Below, in pieces: positions 61,776 to 62,000 of a stretch of 62,000 bases of DNA. Position numbers and translations under genes: made by a program. Numbering within the stretch: position 1 is the first letter of the stretch; the number at the start of each line of letters is the position of its first letter. The stretch comes from Octopus vulgaris (taxonomy: Eukaryota): assembly GCA_951406725.2 (NCBI GenBank), contig OX597815.1, positions 35,546,001 through 35,608,000 of the forward strand, given 5' to 3'. Under the pieces are notes generated by a model. It was not told where the DNA came from. It did no database searches and was given only the letters and a program-made list of their open reading frames with translations.

Positions 61776-62000
61776 TTATAAGGGGTATCTGGTTAAATAA
61801 ATTTTGTTTAACTCGGTTTTAATACAGCATGTTGTTAGTGACCATAGGTTTAAGCCGTTGGGCAGGAATGGCGAGGGACAGATTCCGTTGCTATATTACA
61901 GACAGCTGTCTACATTCTTTTAGTAGTAAATCAAAGACAGGATTTTTTTTATATTACCGATAGTTCTCCGATACCAATTCTCTTGCTTCATTGCTGGACA

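Overview
AT-rich, repeat-dense animal genomic DNA. The SINE/LINE families and microsatellite load point to an octopus (coleoid cephalopod); this is an inference. One complete protein-coding gene is present: a 16-coding-exon PYROXD2 orthologue on the + strand (ATG 7937 to TGA 44376, 1770 nt CDS, about 589 aa, all introns GT-AG). Exon 6 has the length needed to keep the frame but contains two in-frame stops, which a -1/+1 compensated frameshift would explain. A second gene starts head-to-head on the - strand at 184, with a mitochondrial-presequence-like N-terminus, and runs off the window edge. The rest is transposon-derived: several tRNA-SINE families, RTE, R4/Dong-like, CR1 and Penelope-like fragments, mariner, Tigger, piggyBac and Helitron-like elements, MITEs and microsatellites. 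There are no rRNA, true tRNA or CRISPR loci. The most notable observations are: (1) a tRNA-headed SINE carrying a minimal type I hammerhead ribozyme, plus two other hammerhead-like relics; (2) two diverged ORF1-only L1/Tx1-like elements stacked in tandem with TACGTA at all three junctions; (3) the exon 6 anomaly; (4) SINE concatemers with a fixed 184-bp unit; (5) a mariner element built from two left ends. Exon coordinates were read base by base; repeat boundaries are approximate unless a TSD or TIR is quoted.
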